Shown here in pieces: positions 8,324 through 17,904 of a stretch of DNA of 64,000 bases (the first letter of the stretch is position 1; every line of letters begins with the position of its first letter). The stretch comes from a phage. The DNA is taken from the NCBI GenBank assembly GCA_025812035.1, contig GCA_025812035.1_4719.1; one strand, given 5' to 3'. The notes under the pieces are model-generated. The model was not told the DNA's origin and made no database searches. It saw only the letters and a program-made list of their open reading frames with translations. Position numbers and translations under genes: made by a program.

Positions 8324-8918
8324 CTGTTAGCTCCTGGGGACGTTCAACAACCACACCAGATGGGCAGACATTGATCGTAATGTTAATTGACGGCATTGCC
8401 ATCACACGAGGATTACTGTTGCGTACGTGGACAACATGTTCGGTTGCTGATTTACGATCGACGCAATACTCTGTTTCTTGGAACTCAAATGCTTTTAACG
8501 GTGTTGGTTTTGTTTGACGTTTTGGAACACGACCAAGATCAACAATATAGGCGTAATCACAAACACGTTCTATTCCGTAAATACGGTTATCCGACCAGTT
8601 CTTACCAAACAGCTTGTTGTGATGATAAGATAGATATTCGGTTACCATACCCTGAACAACATCGAAGTCTTCTCGAAATTCAGGCTGGTACCAAATCGGA
8701 CCGAGAATATCTGCGAACGATTCATGACGATATCGAGGATCGTGTCGGGTCCAGGTCATTCTCTGGTTAAGGTCGAAATCAACCAACAATTCTGTTAATT
8801 GCAGTTTTTCCTTCGGAGAAAGCTGGCGTTGATGATGCAAACTCAGGCAATCGATAAGCGGTAATGAAACCCACGATGCTAATGTGTACAAATCGATCCT
8901 GGCTAATCTCTTGGTCAT
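7941..8918 (-). CDS. hypothetical protein (C-terminal ~50 aa Arg-rich and implausible)
   Basis: AGGAAAAGAG RBS before ATG 8918; frame quality degrades near 8090. Confidence 0.45.
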   Translation of the reverse strand: MTKRLARIDLYTLASWVSLPLIDCLSLHHQRQLSPKEKLQLTELLVDFDLNQRMTWTRHDPRYRHESFADILGPIWYQPEFREDFDVVQGMVTEYLSYHHNKLFGKNWSDNRIYGIERVCDYAYIVDLGRVPKRQTKPTPLKAFEFQETEYCVDRKSATEHVVHVRNSNPRVMAMPSINITINVCPSGVVVERPQELTDEQFEWLGQLEELRLAHAKRKAEQLANEPVYIKQGLALKERFKQRRSVLGPVQPVLYEFGVPEYRMDAGSMATAFLDNGEIHRQGARSSGPFRPVRVQRSRRHRHTKSRTGNDDVSRDMDRSHHRTY

Positions 8919-9009
8919 ACTCTTTTCCTAAGTCCCCATTGTTTATACACACGATATCTGGGAATAGTTAAAATATACGGCGTATAGCGAAACAGGAGAG
9001 TTTCTGACG

Positions 9010-9330
9010 TCATTTTCTCCCTCTTCGAATACCACCGATACCTCTTCGATCCAAGACGTCCCATGCACGTTTTATTTCATCCTCCGTTGCTCTGGTATCT
9101 GGAGGGACAACCATAACACAATCGTGGAATGGCCAGTGCGTCGGTCTAGGGTCAGCAAATAGATTATCCCATTCAAGCGTCCATGATTGCTTTGAACGAT
9201 TATAGTAGATCGTAAGGTACGTATTAGTGTACGCTGGGTAACCACGCATAACTTCAACATCTTTACGATCCTGCCGTTCCTGATTCCAATCGTTAAATCG
9301 TTTTCTTATTTTATCCCATCGCTTTCCCAT
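9010..9330 (-). CDS. hypothetical protein
   Basis: Start trimmed to ATG 9330 with AGGAGA RBS; 106 aa. Confidence 0.45.
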   Translation of the reverse strand: MGKRWDKIRKRFNDWNQERQDRKDVEVMRGYPAYTNTYLTIYYNRSKQSWTLEWDNLFADPRPTHWPFHDCVMVVPPDTRATEDEIKRAWDVLDRRGIGGIRRGRK

Positions 9331-9342
9331 GCTTTCTCCTAC

Positions 9343-9374
9343 ACGGCATAAAAGCCTGCCCCGAAGGACAGGCT
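9343..9374 (-). terminator. hairpin plus U-tract with TATGCCGT module
   Basis: Stem AGCCTG/CAGGCT; minus-sense CTTTTATGCCGTGT directly precedes RBS of gene 9010-9330. Confidence 0.45.
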
Positions 9375-9383
9375 CGATAGAAC

Positions 9384-9584
9384 TTAACGACCATCCAATT
9401 TCAACGAAGGATGGTTGACGATATGTGCGTGTTTTGCTGGGTCGTATGGCAGATATGGAAAATAACCATGCCATTCACGACCTTGGCATTTCGTACACAC
9501 GAACTGACCACCGCTCCGTTGATTCTCGTAAGCGAGTTCAGTACTATCAACATGACCGCAACGTTCGCAGATAAACAGCGACAT
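9384..9584 (-). CDS. small zinc-ribbon protein
   Basis: 66 aa with two CxxC pairs (CERC, CTKC). Confidence 0.4.
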   Translation of the reverse strand: MSLFICERCGHVDSTELAYENQRSGGQFVCTKCQGREWHGYFPYLPYDPAKHAHIVNHPSLKLDGR

Positions 9585-9621
9585 AACGCATCCCCATTCA
9601 CTTGAACCTTTCGGTTCTGCA

Positions 9622-10602
9622 TTAGAATAGCAAGAAACCGCTGTTCTTCGCTTCCGCTACAGTTTCGTCACCAACTTTCGGTGCCTGTTGACGCGCGTTA
9701 CGATGTTCAATGTAACGTTTCGCTTCGTCAGCGATTTGTTTGATAATACCCCCTAAACGATCGGTACTTAAAACAAACGACGTCGCTTCACGGATTGGGC
9801 TGCTGTCAGGCACAAAACCGTCACAACTGTAAATAGCGTTAACACCCATGACTTTTGTCGCGTCTTTCGGATAAAGCGTACAGAAAGCAATGGGGCTATC
9901 GTTCTCTTTTGTCCAATCGTATCCCATGAACGTATTCAGTTCGGTGATCGTTGGTTCCAAACCGGTAACACGTGGATGGTTCAAGAAGTTTTCCAGGTCA
10001 GCGCTGTCAAGACGACGGTTCTCACCAGAAAACAGAACACAAAGCTGGCTAATAACAACCTGCACGTCCAGGTTGACATCCTGCTCCGATTTCCCATTTT
10101 CGCCATTCATGTGATAGCTGACGATCACCGGACGTTTCAACCCTTCTGCGGCTGCCATCAGTCCTTTAAAGGTGCGGTCTGCGTTGATCGTCTGACGCTC
10201 ATCATCGAACGAGGCAACGATGCAACATACCACACGTTCACCGCGTTCCAGCAGGTTAGCAACCAACGCAGGACCTGCAACAGAACCCGAACCACCGCTT
10301 AAACTAAAGACCACGATATTAAATTTACCTGGCGTATGTTTGTTGAGAATACCTGGGATTTGTGAACAGATCAGTTCAGCGTTCTCGTCACGCTTCTTAC
10401 CCGAACCGTCTAACTCGCGGCCTGCTGCATCTTTAAAGATGTAAATATGATCATCGTCCAGTGTGCTATCGCGTAGGTTAGCACGGCTGGTATCGACATA
10501 CGTCATGCTGTGTAATCCTTTCGCGACTTCGCCTTCAAACGCTGAGCCGATTTCGCCACCACAACCGCCGACAGCCCAAATATGTACTTGGTTCTCTTGC
10601 AT
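9622..10602 (-). CDS. phuZ: phage tubulin-like GTPase (PhuZ/TubZ family)
   Basis: 326 aa; N-terminal G-box VGGCGGEIG; tubulin/FtsZ signature SGGSGSVAGP; AGGAG RBS. Confidence 0.75.
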   Translation of the reverse strand: MQENQVHIWAVGGCGGEIGSAFEGEVAKGLHSMTYVDTSRANLRDSTLDDDHIYIFKDAAGRELDGSGKKRDENAELICSQIPGILNKHTPGKFNIVVFSLSGGSGSVAGPALVANLLERGERVVCCIVASFDDERQTINADRTFKGLMAAAEGLKRPVIVSYHMNGENGKSEQDVNLDVQVVISQLCVLFSGENRRLDSADLENFLNHPRVTGLEPTITELNTFMGYDWTKENDSPIAFCTLYPKDATKVMGVNAIYSCDGFVPDSSPIREATSFVLSTDRLGGIIKQIADEAKRYIEHRNARQQAPKVGDETVAEAKNSGFLLF

Positions 10603-10666
10603 GTGAACTCCTAACTTAGTATGTATTTAACGCACAATGAATCTTTCTTTACTAAAGGGGTGACCC

Positions 10667-11509
10667 ATGGGTGCTATTGACTACAGTGTAGATCGTATCT
10701 GTCGTACAATACCGGCAGATATCCTACAGTATTGCTATATCGATCGTTACGACTGGCGTAACCGATATCCACGTTCCGTCGAAGACATCATTACCGATTG
10801 GGTAATTCGTAAACGGGTTATCGGCGACATTGATATCTACGGGGGACTACAAACCGTTGTTCCCCTTGATGATGCAGGTGTTACTATCGAAGAAGTCACC
10901 ATTAACTGTTATGTTTTCCATATTCCATTGGAAGCCACACAGGGACGTTATATCACGTCCGCATTATCCATTATTTCAGGGAGTGTGAACAACTACGGTA
11001 TAAACTATAACGGTCAATGGGGCGCTTTCAACCAAACCCAGTTCCAACGACAGCTTTGCGGATGGAACCCTGCAAGCAACACATTACAGCAAGGGATGAA
11101 CGCATTCGGTCCCATGAACGTTCTTAGTACAGCGAACGTTGATATCATCGCTCCTAACACCATCATGGTGAACAACGTCACGCCTGTGCAGTTTCCACTG
11201 AGTCTACGTTGTTTCCTTGCCCACGATCCGGAACTCACCAACCTCAGCATGGAGGTTTGGAACGACTTCTACAAACTCTGTTTATATGCCACACAAAGTG
11301 ACATTTACAACAGAACCGTTATCCGTCTTGATAGAGGTGTTACCGCACAAGGACAAGAAGTCGGTGCATTCAAGGAATACATCGACCGCTTTGCTGACGC
11401 TGAAAACACGTATCAAGAATTCCTGAACGAAACGTGGGCAGGTGTTGCCGCATGGAACGATCCACAAACTAAACGTCGCGCTATTCGTTTGCAAACCGGT
11501 TACTTCTGA
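10667..11509 (+). CDS. hypothetical protein
   Basis: 280-aa ORF, AAAGGGGTGA RBS, followed by hairpin. Confidence 0.55.
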   Translation: MGAIDYSVDRICRTIPADILQYCYIDRYDWRNRYPRSVEDIITDWVIRKRVIGDIDIYGGLQTVVPLDDAGVTIEEVTINCYVFHIPLEATQGRYITSALSIISGSVNNYGINYNGQWGAFNQTQFQRQLCGWNPASNTLQQGMNAFGPMNVLSTANVDIIAPNTIMVNNVTPVQFPLSLRCFLAHDPELTNLSMEVWNDFYKLCLYATQSDIYNRTVIRLDRGVTAQGQEVGAFKEYIDRFADAENTYQEFLNETWAGVAAWNDPQTKRRAIRLQTGYF

Positions 11510-12036
11510 TTAGCTACCGCTTCCTCCCTCGGTGTTTTCGAGGGAGGTATTTGCCGTTTGAATACTTTCAGCATGTTCGCAAATTTAGCCGCGATGACAC
11601 AGGCCGAAGCCGATAGTTTATTGCTGAAGATAAGATCGTCCGGCAAACAATCGAAATGAATACCGTATTCGGTCTTTGTCTCTTCAACAATCAACGACAA
11701 CGCTGGTCTTGTCTTCTTAATGTCGGTGGTATACAAACGTAAGAACGTTTCACCGTCTTCGCTATCCGTTAAACGATAAGCGTTTCCAGAAAACTCAACG
11801 TGTGGTGTAACGATATATTGAACACGATCGTCGGCAGGATGGATATTTAACCAACGTGTCATATCGCTGCTACTCACATTTTGCATATTTACTACGGTAA
11901 AAGCAAATAGCGTATCGTTTTGTTTGGAATAATGCAACACATATGCCGCATCTTTCTTTCCGTGAATCCCTTCAATATACTCTATTAACGTATAGCCTGA
12001 TTTATATAGCTTTACTTGCGGTTTCTCGTTCATCAT
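11500..12036 (-). CDS. hypothetical protein
   Basis: Start trimmed to ATG 12036 (GGGAAGGG RBS; ATGA overlap with upstream stop); 3' end overlaps hairpin 11523-11547. Confidence 0.45.
   Translation of the reverse strand: MMNEKPQVKLYKSGYTLIEYIEGIHGKKDAAYVLHYSKQNDTLFAFTVVNMQNVSSSDMTRWLNIHPADDRVQYIVTPHVEFSGNAYRLTDSEDGETFLRLYTTDIKKTRPALSLIVEETKTEYGIHFDCLPDDLIFSNKLSASACVIAAKFANMLKVFKRQIPPSKTPREEAVANQK
11523..11547. terminator. hairpin CCTCCCTCG-GTGTTTT-CGAGGGAGG
   Basis: 9-bp stem 14 nt after stop of 10667-11509; overlaps 3' end of convergent ORF. Confidence 0.4.
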
Positions 12037-12332
12037 AACAACCCTTCCCGTTTCATCGCAGCACGCATACTTGCGTAAAGCGCATTCTTCATTGCACCTG
12101 GACGCAACGGATAACAAATCTCATATCGACGTCCTTGTTTCACAGCAATTTTCCTTCCATTCAAAAACAGCGTGCCATTATCCAGCAGCAACTCACCTTG
12201 TAGTACCATGAGTCCTGCTTTAACGTGACGTCCTTCTTCTTTAGTTAAGACCTTATAACCGTGTTTATCCAGTAACCACAATTCGTAGATACCGTGCGCA
12301 GCCTTCGGCATTACTTTCTTCTTCGTCGTCAT
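12033..12332 (-). CDS. hypothetical protein
   Basis: 99-aa ORF. Confidence 0.45.
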   Translation of the reverse strand: MTTKKKVMPKAAHGIYELWLLDKHGYKVLTKEEGRHVKAGLMVLQGELLLDNGTLFLNGRKIAVKQGRRYEICYPLRPGAMKNALYASMRAAMKREGLL

Positions 12333-12344
12333 GGAAGATCCTCC

Positions 12345-12719
12345 TTAAACCCCTTGTCGGACCATCACCAACCGGAGCATGTTGTATTCCAATGTAGCGC
12401 TTTCTAATTCGAATTCATATCGATACCAGAAATTCGGTTCTAATTGACCTACAACACATTTACGAACTTCGGTCTGCACCTTCCTTGACAATCCCTGTAA
12501 TAGTTGCGTTATCTCCGGCTTGAAGTAATACGCCAAACCTAACTGGTCAGAATAAAACAGGCCACAATCAAAGATGGCCTGTAAAATAACATATTCAACC
12601 ATCAGGTGTCGCGCGTCAGGTTCAGGAAACGGCGAACGTAAAGCGAGGTCTAACACATCGACGATTGGGCCGACATAAACGGCGGCACGGTACTCACGAA
12701 TAACACTGATGTTATCCAT
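12345..12719 (-). CDS. hypothetical protein
   Basis: 124-aa ORF. Confidence 0.45.
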   Translation of the reverse strand: MDNISVIREYRAAVYVGPIVDVLDLALRSPFPEPDARHLMVEYVILQAIFDCGLFYSDQLGLAYYFKPEITQLLQGLSRKVQTEVRKCVVGQLEPNFWYRYEFELESATLEYNMLRLVMVRQGV

Positions 12720-12732
12720 GGTAGCCTATTCG

Positions 12733-13557
12733 TTAACTGTCGCTTTCCGACGTATCGATGTAGTTGAAAATACGATCCCGTAAACACTCGTAACGAGGCA
12801 ACGCGCTAAGAATGATCATCTTCAGCTGCATCGCGATCGATGTACGTTCTTCGTCCGATGCGTCGTCTCCCCATTTACCCGGCATAACCTGAATGGGTTC
12901 GTTCGGATCATGCGGAAATATAAAACTTAACAACAGATAATCCGTGCGGAACTCCCACACTTCCCGACCGTCGTTATCGGTTTCTTTACGCAATGTGAAG
13001 AGTTGACGTTCGGTGGTTGGATCCAACATCAATGGTCGACCACGGACGATCTCCAGTTTACGCGGACTGACGAACGTTGTACGTTCCGGAAGGTACTTTT
13101 CAACATCGTCTGTATCCAGCAAGAACAAAATGATATCGTCGAAATACTTCGGTGCGTACGTGTGTATCGGTTCACCGTCGGTATACGAAGAGATCTCTTG
13201 AAGTATCGGCGTCTTATACGAGAAGTTCTGGCACGAACCACGAGTGATCGGTAAGGTGTTCCACTGATGCTCTGTAGACAATTCAACAGGCACCAACGGA
13301 TAGTCATCAATGAACACCACACACGTTGTGCTGACGGGTATTCTTCCATCGTTGCCTGGTTCAAAAACCAAACGTATCTTACCGGTAATTAACGCCATCT
13401 CATCCGGCATTAAATGGCTTGCTGAACGGGCGAGTCTGAAACCGCTCGCCTGTTTATAAGGTTCGGGTTTATATCCACGTACGATAAGAGAGATATCCGC
13501 AAGTTCAACGCTCACGAATGCGTTTTCGGTATCTTCATTGTTCGTCGTTAACGTCAT
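12733..13557 (-). CDS. hypothetical protein
   Basis: 274-aa ORF. Confidence 0.5.
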   Translation of the reverse strand: MTLTTNNEDTENAFVSVELADISLIVRGYKPEPYKQASGFRLARSASHLMPDEMALITGKIRLVFEPGNDGRIPVSTTCVVFIDDYPLVPVELSTEHQWNTLPITRGSCQNFSYKTPILQEISSYTDGEPIHTYAPKYFDDIILFLLDTDDVEKYLPERTTFVSPRKLEIVRGRPLMLDPTTERQLFTLRKETDNDGREVWEFRTDYLLLSFIFPHDPNEPIQVMPGKWGDDASDEERTSIAMQLKMIILSALPRYECLRDRIFNYIDTSESDS

Positions 13558-14572
13558 TGTTCATTTTCTCCGTTACAACAAATCGTTCAAGTTCACGTAA
13601 TAAACGCTCTTTTAACGCAGGATCAACTTCCGGAGCATGTTTATCACGATACCATTCTGTCCCGTTGTATTGCAGGCTAACATGCCATGTTCCTAACGGG
13701 CTTTCCTCTGCAGCAGCGATGAAATTCTTAACACCGGTTTTGGTAGGATACTCCATGATAGGAACAGCCTGCTTCAGATCCATTACAGTAAGATCCTGGA
13801 AGTTATAATCCAGGAGCGTTAACGCACGATTCTTGCGTAACAGTAACCCGCAATCCAAGATAGTGAAATCGATACCCCAGAAACGTAACTTGCCTCCAAC
13901 CCCAACAGGAGTATGGCCACGATAAACCGCAAGATAAATTTCACCTTTATCGGTTTCTTTGTTGTATCCGGCAATGAAAGCCGCTGTGATTAATGGTTGG
14001 TGTCCTTTTGCTAAGAAGACGGGGTGGTTTTGATACAACCAGTCACTACGAATCAGATCGGTAACCTGACCTAAACGTGCGGTTGGTACCATCGTTGATC
14101 CTAAAGTCTCATCAACAGGAATCTGATAATACTCGAACAGAACACCGTCGACTTCTTCGGTAGCGTAAGGGGTACGTGCGGGATCGTTAAGCAGCTTACG
14201 GAGTTTTGTGTCGATTTCATTAACGCGATTATCATGTTCTTTCTCACGGCTACCGATCACAAAAGCAACAAGATTGCGTACGCTAACAAAAACATCATCT
14301 TTTTCCGTGTCACTGAGATCAGCTTCATCAGGCATTGTTGTCCAATGTAGTGGTCCTTCAACAACCTTAAGCCATTTATCTTCGCGTTCAGGATAAACAA
14401 AAGGCTTATGCACAGGAACACTGGTGTGCTGAACACGTAATAACAGATTGCATAACGACGGTAATGTTTTCTCTAAAGGTGGGACAATACCTGATGTAAC
14501 GGAAATAACGTAGCGATTAAGAACAAGAGAAGCTGAATAGGTAATGTTATCTAATCCTGGTAATTGATCCAT
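13535..14572 (-). CDS. hypothetical protein
   Basis: 345-aa ORF, AAGGA RBS, preceded by 300-nt structured intergenic region. Confidence 0.55.
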   Translation of the reverse strand: MDQLPGLDNITYSASLVLNRYVISVTSGIVPPLEKTLPSLCNLLLRVQHTSVPVHKPFVYPEREDKWLKVVEGPLHWTTMPDEADLSDTEKDDVFVSVRNLVAFVIGSREKEHDNRVNEIDTKLRKLLNDPARTPYATEEVDGVLFEYYQIPVDETLGSTMVPTARLGQVTDLIRSDWLYQNHPVFLAKGHQPLITAAFIAGYNKETDKGEIYLAVYRGHTPVGVGGKLRFWGIDFTILDCGLLLRKNRALTLLDYNFQDLTVMDLKQAVPIMEYPTKTGVKNFIAAAEESPLGTWHVSLQYNGTEWYRDKHAPEVDPALKERLLRELERFVVTEKMNNDVNDEQ

Positions 14573-14827
14573 GATAGAAATCCTTAGTATGTTTGATATG
14601 TTGTTTAATTGACATATTAAGTTTAAAAGAGGTTATGTTTTACGTATGGTTAATAAAGTATTCTTATCTCTATTAAGTTACGTTCTATCTAAAGATAGTA
14701 AACTGATATAATGCTCCCCACCGCCCCATTCTCCCAAGTAATACTGGCCTACCGGCCCTCTCCTTTTTAAGGGAGAGAGTAAGCATTCAGTATTGCTCAA
14801 ATGAATAAGCAAAACAGTATAAACTTA

Positions 14828-14849
14828 CCGTCTTGAGATTTCAAGACGG
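14828..14849 (-). terminator. hairpin CCGTCTTGA-GATT-TCAAGACGG plus U-rich tract
   Basis: 9-bp perfect stem downstream of gene 14875-15228. Confidence 0.5.
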
Positions 14850-14874
14850 CGTAGTAACTATTTGTCTCTTTAGG

Positions 14875-15228
14875 CTAACAACCTATTTCTGCGTAAACCT
14901 TCAACGATTCGAATACATCTTCCTTCTTTATCATCGTCTTGTATAAACGTGATTGAGCAATGATCTTTATCCATTGTTGAGGATCGTGTAAGTTCACATT
15001 TTCAAAACAAGGTGAGGTATTAGCTCCATCGAGTCGGATATACCCTAAGAGCAATCCATCATGATGACCTCGACGGATTTCGATGTGTGGTTTGAAGAAG
15101 ATACGATTGTCTGGTGGATACCAGCTTACAGTGTAGTAATGGTTTCCTGAAACAACGGTTTCATGAACGGTTTTTGTTTCGCCGTCAATAGCCGCGTTTA
15201 CGCCGGGAATCATTAATTTTTGAAGCAT
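14875..15228 (-). CDS. hypothetical protein
   Basis: Start trimmed to ATG 15228 (GGAGG upstream); ATG 15213 also possible. Confidence 0.4.
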   Translation of the reverse strand: MLQKLMIPGVNAAIDGETKTVHETVVSGNHYYTVSWYPPDNRIFFKPHIEIRRGHHDGLLLGYIRLDGANTSPCFENVNLHDPQQWIKIIAQSRLYKTMIKKEDVFESLKVYAEIGC

Positions 15229-15812
15229 GGGACATAAACCTCCATCAACATCGCATAAAGCGCACCGAGCCCATGCAGGACTCGGTCGGGGGCGAAGGTT
15301 GGCGTGTAACACACTTGTTCGGTTGGTGCTTGTTGACGAAAATCTAACGGATCTCCATTGATAAGCATCTGTAGAAGATCAACATCATCTTGCAGCGTAT
15401 CTTCATCGATGTATGCATCAACACAAAGCAGTCGGTGTAGCTGCTCTGGTTTAATTGAAATACCCACAACCATGCAGTTGTTGTAGGTGGCGTTGTCCAG
15501 AAAGAAGTGAATGACGCCTGCTTGAGGATCGCCGCCGTAGTGTAGCCAACGCGTAAAGCCAGCTGACATCATCCACAACGGATTGTGTTGCAGTGCACTG
15601 ACGACGCGGGTCTCGAATTCCAAACCAAACTTCTGGAAGATCGCACCCATCTGGAAACGATCTTCATCGAGACGGTAACGGAATATACAGGCATCGGATC
15701 CTGTTGAGTTGTCGTACACCGAAAGAAACCCGCGATGGATTTCCACGGTAACATTGTTGTCGTCAAGCGTGGCACTTGCAGTGCCGTTAGAAAAGGTTGG
15801 AACAAAGCTCAT
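15213..15812 (-). CDS. hypothetical protein
   Basis: 199-aa ORF. Confidence 0.5.
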   Translation of the reverse strand: MSFVPTFSNGTASATLDDNNVTVEIHRGFLSVYDNSTGSDACIFRYRLDEDRFQMGAIFQKFGLEFETRVVSALQHNPLWMMSAGFTRWLHYGGDPQAGVIHFFLDNATYNNCMVVGISIKPEQLHRLLCVDAYIDEDTLQDDVDLLQMLINGDPLDFRQQAPTEQVCYTPTFAPDRVLHGLGALYAMLMEVYVPCFKN

Positions 15813-16333
15813 CTTGTAATCCTTAATTTACCTGAATGAATTATCGTTGATGGGTCCACGATGCGACCGTATTTCGCGCTACGTAATACACGATGCCCAA
15901 AGAAGTCAGCGGTTTCCAAAACAACCGTATAACAACCGAGTTGATGTTGGTGTCCCCAAAACCGTTCAATGGGAATCCAGCAGGGCGTCATGCCCTTGTG
16001 TCGCCAATCCGTAACGCAACCGAATTCAGCAAACTGTTCAGTAAACCACTCATCAATATCGGTATCCGTAAAGAGAAACACGTGGTCTTTAACCAGATAA
16101 GCAAACCCCGGATAAAAAAGCTGAGGGTCATCCGGGTCACGAAGATAAACACGAAGTTTATCTAGCGTACCCTCGATAACGATTGTATCGGGTAATCCTG
16201 GTGGTGTGAACCGAAGTTGGAAGTTATCCTCGTTTGCCGAGGCGTTAACCAAATACCCCAATTGAAGGGGTCGATGCAATTCGAAAAGGTTGAACGTTAA
16301 TGCATATTCGATATACTCTAATCCTATATTCAT
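15809..16333 (-). CDS. hypothetical protein
   Basis: Start trimmed to ATG 16333; variant early-promoter-like motif upstream. Confidence 0.5.
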   Translation of the reverse strand: MNIGLEYIEYALTFNLFELHRPLQLGYLVNASANEDNFQLRFTPPGLPDTIVIEGTLDKLRVYLRDPDDPQLFYPGFAYLVKDHVFLFTDTDIDEWFTEQFAEFGCVTDWRHKGMTPCWIPIERFWGHQHQLGCYTVVLETADFFGHRVLRSAKYGRIVDPSTIIHSGKLRITR

Positions 16334-16385
16334 GTCTGACCTATGTGGTATGGATGACAACGCTTTGCCTTCCGCGAGTGTAATC

Positions 16386-16416
16386 AGGAAGGTAATGTAG
16401 GTTTATTTTAATCTCC
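16386..16416 (-). promoter_or_regulatory. variant early-promoter-like motif, copy D
   Basis: AGGAAGGTAATGTAGGTTTATTTTAATCTCC in divergent intergenic region. Confidence 0.25.
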
Positions 16417-16471
16417 ATTTCGCGATGATATGACAGTCTTTATTACGTTTACCATCTGAGGGAGCATGCTC

Positions 16472-17710
16472 ATGTCTTCTATTTTACAGGTGTTTAATGC
16501 GCATGCGGAAGGCATTGACATCGACGAGTATTTTGTTAATCAGGTTATCCGTTACGCGACGCGCTTCCGTACGCAAGACCAAGAACACATGCGTTTTTTC
16601 GGTGGGGTTCTGTTAGGCGTGCAAAAAATCCGGTTCACAACAAAACATAACGATATGTGGTTTTCCGACGTCTTGATGATGGATGAAGAAAGCTTACGAC
16701 GCGATTTGAGTAAACTGCCCTTTTACAATACGCAGACCAACCGCGTTGCATCGAATGCGTTTAATCTAAGTTGCTGTTGGTTGCTCTATGCGATTTTCCA
16801 TAGCAAACGAATCAAAAAAGAAAAGGTTCGTGAAGCCGGGATGCTTGCAGCAATGCAAGTCCTTCATTATAAATTCATTTGTGGTTTGGTAGCACGACGT
16901 TACCCTTATAACGCCGATCCGGCTATTGCCATTAAGGCGTACGATGAGTTGACACTCAAATCGGGTATCAAACGCATGAATAGCTGGAACGAGTACATCG
17001 ATGAGCGCTGTAATGCCATCATCGCGCGTAATAGTACACATTTCAGTCGCTGGTCAACCCTGGAACCTGACAGTGTCGCCGAACGATTCGTGCGTGATGT
17101 GAATACCGGAATCCGTAAAGTTATCAACCGTATCACCGATACGTACTACGCGATGTATGAAGAAGGTAAGAAAATCGGCACGTCTTCTCAAACCGTAGAG
17201 TTGGACGATGGTCTCGCTGTCCGCGATATTAAACGTAACGAAACCACGTATCGTCAATACCTGTTCGAAATCGCTTATGATCGAACAAGTTTCGTTAAAC
17301 GCGAACTCATGGTTGTCATCCTCGACGTACATCATACCACCAATCTCCTATCCCTTGAGCGAGCATTAAGCTACATCAGTGCTAACGTAGAACGACCGAC
17401 GAAAGATGGAAAACAGGTCTCTCAGATGTTGCGGCTTGTAATGGAGCATGCTATCGAGTATATCATCTTGAATAAGGTCGATATGCGTGATCTTACGTTC
17501 TTATTCTACATGCGTAACGTGTATACGTCTAACCGTACCAGCAACCCGAAACTGTTAGAACTGCGTAAACTCGGCTCTGAAATCATTAAGAAAGCAACCA
17601 ATGCAAGAAACGACGCTGAAGCCGCAGCGACACGCACAGGCGTCTTTCTCTACATCCTGCTTCGTGTGTTTAGCCGTAACTACTATGTTCGTCGTGCGAT
17701 GTCGCGTTAA
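16472..17710 (+). CDS. hypothetical protein
   Basis: GAGGGAG RBS 7 nt before ATG 16472; hairpin terminators downstream. Confidence 0.55.
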   Translation: MSSILQVFNAHAEGIDIDEYFVNQVIRYATRFRTQDQEHMRFFGGVLLGVQKIRFTTKHNDMWFSDVLMMDEESLRRDLSKLPFYNTQTNRVASNAFNLSCCWLLYAIFHSKRIKKEKVREAGMLAAMQVLHYKFICGLVARRYPYNADPAIAIKAYDELTLKSGIKRMNSWNEYIDERCNAIIARNSTHFSRWSTLEPDSVAERFVRDVNTGIRKVINRITDTYYAMYEEGKKIGTSSQTVELDDGLAVRDIKRNETTYRQYLFEIAYDRTSFVKRELMVVILDVHHTTNLLSLERALSYISANVERPTKDGKQVSQMLRLVMEHAIEYIILNKVDMRDLTFLFYMRNVYTSNRTSNPKLLELRKLGSEIIKKATNARNDAEAAATRTGVFLYILLRVFSRNYYVRRAMSR

Positions 17711-17753
17711 CAAGGTAACGGTAAAACTTTACTGACCTTGGTTATTATTTGAA
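17711..17753 (+). terminator. hairpin CAAGGT-N18-ACCTTG plus U-rich tract
   Basis: Immediately after stop of 16472-17710. Confidence 0.35.
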
Positions 17754-17863
17754 GCATAGGGCTTCACCCAGGAGTACCATCCCTTTAAGTCGTTTGTCCT
17801 CTCCTGGTTAACTGTCGTTCTCTCACAGTGCTCGGCAGACCAAAAAATGCTCAGGCCTCATAG

Positions 17864-17892
17864 CCTCCTCTGGGAATGGAACCCAGAGGAGG
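17864..17892. terminator. bidirectional hairpin CCTCCTCTGGG-AATGGAA-CCCAGAGGAGG
   Basis: 11-bp perfect stem between convergent genes. Confidence 0.5.
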
Positions 17893-17904
17893 ACTATGTT
17901 TGCT

